Of a stretch of 64,000 nucleotides of DNA, positions 58,709 through 64,000 are shown one piece after another (the stretch's first letter is position 1; every line of letters begins with the position of its first letter). Source of the stretch: Myxococcota bacterium (GTDB taxonomy: Bacteria > Myxococcota_A > SURF-8); NCBI GenBank assembly GCA_963674735.2, contig CAXXQS010000001.1, positions 672,001 through 736,000 of the forward strand, read 5' to 3'. A program made the position numbers and the translations under genes. The notes beneath the pieces are model-generated. The model ran no database searches. It saw nothing but the letters and a program-made list of their open reading frames with translations, and was not told where the DNA came from.

Positions 58709-60238
58709 ATGATCATGCGTCGCGAATCCATGCCGAACCGTTCTTTTTCGGTCTTGCTGTTCGTGGTGGCCCTGGTGTTGCGATTCATGACAGCTCCCCG
58801 GTTGGCCAATTGGTATTCGCCGACATTCAGCCTTTCAGATGGGGACGTCTTCGGTTGGCTTTCTCCGGCTTACATGGTTTTACAGGCCCTGGTTGAAAAG
58901 AACGGGCTGACCGACATCCCCTTGTTTTCCTGGATGTGTGTCTTGGGGGCGATAACGGGCGCGGCGTGTGTGCCTCTGCTGATGCGTTTGGCCGCTGAAC
59001 TTCGTTTCAGTCTTGCAACACAATGGACAGCTGGTGCTTTGCTGGCTGTGTGCCCGGTCTTATGGGAGTCCGGGTCCACGGATTCTCCTCATACCCCAGC
59101 TTTGATGGCGTGGTTGTTGGTGGGGATTTGCTGGAAAAACGGGCGAGAGGCCAAAGCGAGGTGGATCTTTTCCTTGCTTACCGCCAGCCTACTGATGGTG
59201 ACGTTTCGCCCGGATACCACCCACTGGCTGTTGATCTGGCCGATCATGTTTCCTCCGAAAAAATGGCGATCGAAGGCAACGATCCTTGAACTGGGGACTC
59301 TCTTCGCCGTCGGTATCCTCGCCTCCACGTGGGTTGCCGTTCATCACGGTACGGAGATGCGCTCCCCGGACATCAGCGTGTTTCGCTGGTTGTTATTTCC
59401 GCTCGATATCCTGGACGGTTTGTCCACGTTGCCGTTGCAGGGATTGGCCACGGTCCTCGCGGTATTGGGTGGTATTGCGCTTTGGCGAACCCGGCCGACG
59501 TTTCTATGGTTACTGCTTGGGGCGATTTGGGCGGCGGCGTTACCCTTGGCGTTTAAACGTCTGGCTCCGGATACCATCCTGACCATCCGATATTTTCTGG
59601 CTCCCATGGTTCTCGTTTTGCTGCTGGTTGCCGAGGGAATTGTTCGCTTGTTTGAAGGGCGTTCGCTTTTTTTAAAAGGCTTTCTGCTGATCTCGATTGT
59701 TTTTGTAGGTTTTCTTGAAGCTCTGGCAACCTTTTCTCCATACAATCAACCAAGCTTTCGGGCCGAGCAACAGTTTCTAGCCGAGGTCGCCGAGACTCTT
59801 CCCCAAGATGCGACTCTCTGTATGCTCGATCCCAAGCTCAACCATCGCTGGGAAGGACCGCATCAAGACTTGGATGTCGGTTTTCGACCGCCCCCCGGGC
59901 GGCTGCCCTACCATTTTCCCAACTTGAATGTGGTTTTATTGAATGAGCCGGACTTAAAATCACCCGGTTGCGACTACTATTTCGAGGGCGGATTGTGCCA
60001 TCTGATCGAGTCGCAAACGGAAGATACGGTCAAGATCCTGCCGCTTGTTGGTGTTCGTTACACTTCGAACAACCAAGAGGAAAGCCGCGACAACAGCCGG
60101 GTGTTGGCGATCTGTCGTGCTGTTCGCGAAAATCACCAACTGAAAGAAATCAAAAGCCGGTGGAGTGCCGCTAAGAGTTATGGCGCGCAGCTGGAAGCCG
60201 ATTGGATTCCGCTTTTTGTATTTGATGCTTTGCATTGA
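58709..60238 (+). CDS. Polytopic membrane protein, possible GT-C/PMT-like glycosyltransferase
   Basis: About 10 hydrophobic segments, FRPD and RYF motifs, soluble C-terminal domain; glycosylation gene context. Confidence 0.5.
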   Translation: MIMRRESMPNRSFSVLLFVVALVLRFMTAPRLANWYSPTFSLSDGDVFGWLSPAYMVLQALVEKNGLTDIPLFSWMCVLGAITGAACVPLLMRLAAELRFSLATQWTAGALLAVCPVLWESGSTDSPHTPALMAWLLVGICWKNGREAKARWIFSLLTASLLMVTFRPDTTHWLLIWPIMFPPKKWRSKATILELGTLFAVGILASTWVAVHHGTEMRSPDISVFRWLLFPLDILDGLSTLPLQGLATVLAVLGGIALWRTRPTFLWLLLGAIWAAALPLAFKRLAPDTILTIRYFLAPMVLVLLLVAEGIVRLFEGRSLFLKGFLLISIVFVGFLEALATFSPYNQPSFRAEQQFLAEVAETLPQDATLCMLDPKLNHRWEGPHQDLDVGFRPPPGRLPYHFPNLNVVLLNEPDLKSPGCDYYFEGGLCHLIESQTEDTVKILPLVGVRYTSNNQEESRDNSRVLAICRAVRENHQLKEIKSRWSAAKSYGAQLEADWIPLFVFDALH

Positions 60239-60278
60239 GACGAAATTCCGGACCATTAAATTTTATAGAAGCTCGGGC

Positions 60279-60307
60279 TTGCCATTAAAGCCGGTCCTGC
60301 GTACAAT
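60279..60307 (+). promoter_or_regulatory. sigma70-type promoter for the GNAT gene
   Basis: TTGCCA-N17-TACAAT. Confidence 0.55.
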
Positions 60308-60356
60308 CGATGAATTATTGCGTTTCGATTTAGATCGTTCGAAGTGGAGGACCTTG

Positions 60357-60929
60357 ATGGACCGGAAGGCTTTCCCGGTGTTTCTGGAGGGTGAACGTCT
60401 TTTTCTCGCGCCGTTGAGTCGTCAGGACGCGCCGCTGTATGCGGGCTGGCTGAATGATGAGGAAGTCGCGAATTTCCTGAATCTGCACCGTCCGATCACC
60501 CTGGATGAAGAAGTCGAAATCCTCGATAGTATGTTGCGGTCTCCGCTAAGTGTGGCCGTACATGCGGCGATCTGGGTTCGGAAGCCGCTGCACCTCATCG
60601 GCAATGTCGGCTTGATGAAGATTAAATCCATCGACCGGCATGCCATGATCGGTTTGTTTATCGGAGACGTGCAGGAGTGGGACAAAGGCTATGGACGTGA
60701 GGCCATGCGTATTATGGCCGATTATGCGTTCAATACGCTTAATCTGCGCAAAATCCATCTGAACGTCTTCGGTCATAACGCGCGCGCTATTCGCTGCTAT
60801 GAAACGGTCGGATTTCGTGAGGTCGGTCGTTACCGCGAACACCGCTTTATCAAAGGGGAGTGGCGCGATCAGATAATCATGGAACTGTTCCGCGACGACT
60901 TCAAGGCGTGTGAGTCTACGGCTTCTTGA
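60357..60929 (+). CDS. GNAT N-acetyltransferase (RimJ/RimL-like)
   Basis: GGAGG RBS; LEGERLFL, WDKGYGREA, LNLRKI, NARAIRCYETVGF. Confidence 0.9.
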   Translation: MDRKAFPVFLEGERLFLAPLSRQDAPLYAGWLNDEEVANFLNLHRPITLDEEVEILDSMLRSPLSVAVHAAIWVRKPLHLIGNVGLMKIKSIDRHAMIGLFIGDVQEWDKGYGREAMRIMADYAFNTLNLRKIHLNVFGHNARAIRCYETVGFREVGRYREHRFIKGEWRDQIIMELFRDDFKACESTAS

Positions 60930-62497
60930 AAACTCTCCTACTCGGTTTATTTCCCACGGGGTTGAAGGTGAACCTTCCCAATAAACCCGGCATCAACAAG
61001 CCGACTATCGTTTTCGGGGCGTCGACTCTGGCGCTGGTTATCGGTTTGGGTGTCGCGTTCAATACGGCCGGTGGCGGAGTATGGGCGTCTTTCCCGCTGG
61101 ATGACGCCTGGATTCACATGGTTTATGGGCGTGCCGTGGCCGAAACCGGTTGGCCGATCTACAGCGACCGAATCGAGGCGGGATTCACCAGCCCTCTTTG
61201 GATGACGATCCTGGCGTTCTGGCACCTGATCTGGCCTGTCGCTGGGCCGCCTGTGCTGCCCATCAAACTGACCGGCTGGTTTTTGACCGCCGCCTGTGCC
61301 TGGGTATTGATGGCCGCGCTTGGGCGGGCACGCTCGGGTGGAAAGCCTTTGCCGGTCTTGGTGGTGTTTGGCATCCCGCTTTGGTTTATACTCGATCGCC
61401 ACATGGCTTTCGCAATGGGATCCGGCATGGAGACGTCTTTGGCATCCTTGCTTTTACTTCTCACCGGTTATGCCATGACGTTGCGCCGACACACGTGGGT
61501 CGGCATTGTCTTTGCCGGAGCCGTTCTGGCGCGTCCCGAGGCTCTCGCTTTGCTACCCTTGCTGATTTTGCCTTTGTGGTTTGACCCCACAACAAAACGA
61601 CCGGTTGCCATCTGTAAATTGTTTGGGCCAACATTGTTTGCTGTTGCCGGGTGGGTGGTCTTCTGCTTCATGGCCAACGGACATCCCTTGCCCAATACGG
61701 CTTACAACAAGGTTTCGGATCTGGGGGGGGCTATCGCTATGCTTCCCACCGTTCTGATCGATATTGTCGGACCTTGGTCGCCCGTTGCGTGGGGGCTGGG
61801 GTTGCCGTTATTGTTGTTTGGTCTGGTGGGAATGGTAAGGCGCGATGCCTCGGATGACAAACCCGATCCAGGTGCTCTGTTTCTGGTGTTAGCTCCCTTC
61901 GTGTTGCTTCTGGCCGTATCGCTGACACGGGTGGTGCGTGATCCGCAAGCCTTCTACTGGACGCGCTATTTCGTGCCTGTGTTACCGCTGCTATTCTATC
62001 CCCTGGCGCTCGGTACGGGGATGATTGCGGGACGAGGCAAGGGGTATCGTTGGGCCGTTTTGGCTGGGGGAGGCGTGCTAATCATGTTGAACCTGATCGG
62101 CCTGCCCGAGAGTCGAGTTCGTTATGCCGATAACTGTCACGATATCGATGCCCTCAATGTGACGGTCGGTAAACTTATCAACAACCTGACTCAGCCCGAT
62201 GCGGTGTTGGGAACAAACGACGCGGGAGCGATCAGATATTTCGGAAAACGGCGAACCATCGATCTGGTTGGGCTCAACAACTGGGAGTATCTGTTTGACA
62301 AAACCCGCATGGAAGCCTTCAGACGTGAGCGCTTTACCCATTTCGCGCTATCCCGAGGGGTGTTTGACCCACTCAAAAAGCGGAATATGCGCCTACTGCA
62401 TCGAGCCGAAGTGCGCGACAACTCCTTATTCGATCTTTCTCCGTATTGGATGGATCTTTATGAGGTGATCGATCCCGACTTGATTCGGGGAGAATGA
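60926..62497 (+). CDS. GT-C fold membrane glycosyltransferase (DD motif)
   Basis: LDDAWIH, GFTSPLW, SGMET, ARPE, PLPNT, DAGAI..IDLVGL. Confidence 0.75.
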   Translation: MKTLLLGLFPTGLKVNLPNKPGINKPTIVFGASTLALVIGLGVAFNTAGGGVWASFPLDDAWIHMVYGRAVAETGWPIYSDRIEAGFTSPLWMTILAFWHLIWPVAGPPVLPIKLTGWFLTAACAWVLMAALGRARSGGKPLPVLVVFGIPLWFILDRHMAFAMGSGMETSLASLLLLLTGYAMTLRRHTWVGIVFAGAVLARPEALALLPLLILPLWFDPTTKRPVAICKLFGPTLFAVAGWVVFCFMANGHPLPNTAYNKVSDLGGAIAMLPTVLIDIVGPWSPVAWGLGLPLLLFGLVGMVRRDASDDKPDPGALFLVLAPFVLLLAVSLTRVVRDPQAFYWTRYFVPVLPLLFYPLALGTGMIAGRGKGYRWAVLAGGGVLIMLNLIGLPESRVRYADNCHDIDALNVTVGKLINNLTQPDAVLGTNDAGAIRYFGKRRTIDLVGLNNWEYLFDKTRMEAFRRERFTHFALSRGVFDPLKKRNMRLLHRAEVRDNSLFDLSPYWMDLYEVIDPDLIRGE

Positions 62498-62626
62498 CAC
62501 GCCCTTCGCTGTAGAAGTTCTTGCCTTTGAACGGCTTTTTGTGTACACAAGTACTTTCCGTCCGATGCGGTGCAGGCTTGGGACCGGACGGCTCAGGCCA
62601 TGAGATTAACACGAGGAAAATAGCGG

Positions 62627-63493
62627 ATGTCTATCGAAGTCAGTATTGTCATACCCGCGTACAACGAAGAGAAAGGTCTGCCGAAAATCCTTCCGGAACT
62701 CGACACCTTACGTCAATCCAACGCTTGGGAGATCATCGTTGTGGACGATGGCTCAACCGACGGCACGGCCGACATCGTGCGTCAATATGCCGATATTCGG
62801 CTGGTCAGCCAAGCGAACACCGGGTATGGCGGAGCGCTCAAGCGCGGTTTCCGGGAAGCAAAAGGCGAGTATATTCTCACCATGGACGCCGATGGACAAC
62901 ACAATCCGGCCGATATTCCCGCCATGGTCGAAGCTGCCAGAGGGCATGATTTCTTAACCGGTGTGCGCGATGAAGACAGTGATCGGCCTATGTCCAGACG
63001 TCCCGGGAAGTGGGCACTCACACGCGCCGCCGAATTACTTTCGGGTAAGACCATTCGGGATTTAAACTGTGGGTTCCGTGTTTTCAGACGTTCCGAACTA
63101 CTTAAATTCATTCATCTATTTCCCAATGGGTTTTCGCTTTCGACAACCTCGATGATTTCCTTTCTTAAAGGTGGTTACGAGGTTCACTATCTCCCCATTA
63201 CGGTTCGCAAACGTGAGGGGCGCAGTTCCAGCGTGCGGTATTTGCGGGATGGTTTCAAAACCCTGTTTTTGATTATGCGTATTACGATGCTTTTCGAGCC
63301 GATGCGGATTTTTCTTCCCGCCACTCTCTTTTTCCTCTTGGCCGGTGGATTGCTGGGGACCATTGAAGTGGTACTACAGAATCGTTTCCCGCATTTCGGT
63401 TTGTTTACCGTTTTGTTTGCATTATTTGTTTTTCTGCTCGGTTTAATGGCCGATATGATCTCCCTGCTTCGTCAGGGCAACCGCGAGAGGTAG
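62627..63493 (+). CDS. GT2 glycosyltransferase (polyprenyl-phosphate hexose synthase-like)
   Basis: IVIPAYNEE, VVDDGSTD, MDADGQH, DLNCGFR, two C-terminal TM helices. Confidence 0.92.
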   Translation: MSIEVSIVIPAYNEEKGLPKILPELDTLRQSNAWEIIVVDDGSTDGTADIVRQYADIRLVSQANTGYGGALKRGFREAKGEYILTMDADGQHNPADIPAMVEAARGHDFLTGVRDEDSDRPMSRRPGKWALTRAAELLSGKTIRDLNCGFRVFRRSELLKFIHLFPNGFSLSTTSMISFLKGGYEVHYLPITVRKREGRSSSVRYLRDGFKTLFLIMRITMLFEPMRIFLPATLFFLLAGGLLGTIEVVLQNRFPHFGLFTVLFALFVFLLGLMADMISLLRQGNRER

Positions 63494-63497
63494 CGCC

Positions 63498-64000
63498 GTG
63501 GCGCCCAAAGCCCCTCATTCGCGCGCTTGGCGCAAATGGACTCTTCGCTGTATCGGTCCGGTTTTGCTGGCCCTGATCCTGATTCGCGTGGATCTGCGCC
63601 AAGTCTTCGGTATTATTGCTTCCGCTGATTTTCCCCGCCTCGGACTGGTCGTGGCTTTGTGTTTTCCCCTGTTTTATTTACGTTCGTTGCGCTGGCGACA
63701 GTTGTTGCTGAGTGAAGGGATCGTAATCAAACCGTTACTGGCTTTCCGCGTTTATATGGCGGCCAATTTTTTTGGAGCGGTGACTCCGGGGCATCTAGGC
63801 GAATTTATTAAGGTTTGGTACGTCAAACGCTATACCAGCATGAGCAAGTCCCGTTCTATGGCCAGTGTGTTGACCGACCGACTGATGGATCTTTGGGTGA
63901 TCTTTATCTTGGGATTTGTCGGGATGTGGTGGCTCAATCTGCTTGACCGTTTATCGGCCATAACTTTGGTTGCAGCGGCATTGGTTGCCTTGGCTCCGCT
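63498..64000 (+). CDS. Lysylphosphatidylglycerol synthase TM-domain (flippase-like) protein, partial
   Basis: Manual translation from GTG 63498 gives LRSLRWRQLL, FFGAVTPGHLGEFIK, SVLTDRLMD; open to the window end. Confidence 0.85.
   Translation, partial: MAPKAPHSRAWRKWTLRCIGPVLLALILIRVDLRQVFGIIASADFPRLGLVVALCFPLFYLRSLRWRQLLLSEGIVIKPLLAFRVYMAANFFGAVTPGHLGEFIKVWYVKRYTSMSKSRSMASVLTDRLMDLWVIFILGFVGMWWLNLLDRLSAITLVAAALVALAP

Overview
A 64 kb chromosomal segment of a GC-rich deltaproteobacterium-like organism (Myxococcota/Desulfobacterota-like gene content; this placement is inferred). It has about 45 CDSs and no rRNA, tRNA, CRISPR array or intact mobile element that I could see. Main blocks: (1) three tandem paralogous Cys-rich/Ig-like lipoproteins of unknown function with acidic DGD-repeat linkers; (2) a four-gene surface starch/glycogen-degrading operon (GH13, GH15, GH13, mini-lipoprotein), with enzymes carrying about 10, 3 and 0 EGF-like modules; (3) a glycerolipid operon (PlsB-like acyltransferase, a GpsA homologue that has lost its catalytic residues, App1/LNS2-type phosphatase); (4) two Ntn-hydrolase lipoproteins flanking an outer-membrane barrel; (5) an Hdr-Flx electron-bifurcating cluster with an HdrD/DsrK-like subunit instead of HdrB+HdrC; (6) a PAS kinase/NarL regulator pair, cheW and an MCP; (7) housekeeping genes (rng, radical SAM, ligA, rph, rdgB, ispG, rlmI-like); (8) a YihQ-like GH31 lipoprotein lacking the sulfonate-binding residues; (9) the start of a GT-C/GT2/flippase glycosylation cluster. 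About 12 genes encode predicted lipoproteins. The best candidates for undescribed systems are the EGF-stalked amylolytic operon, the lipoprotein triplet and the pseudo-GpsA lipid operon. All calls come from motif recognition by eye; no database searches were run.
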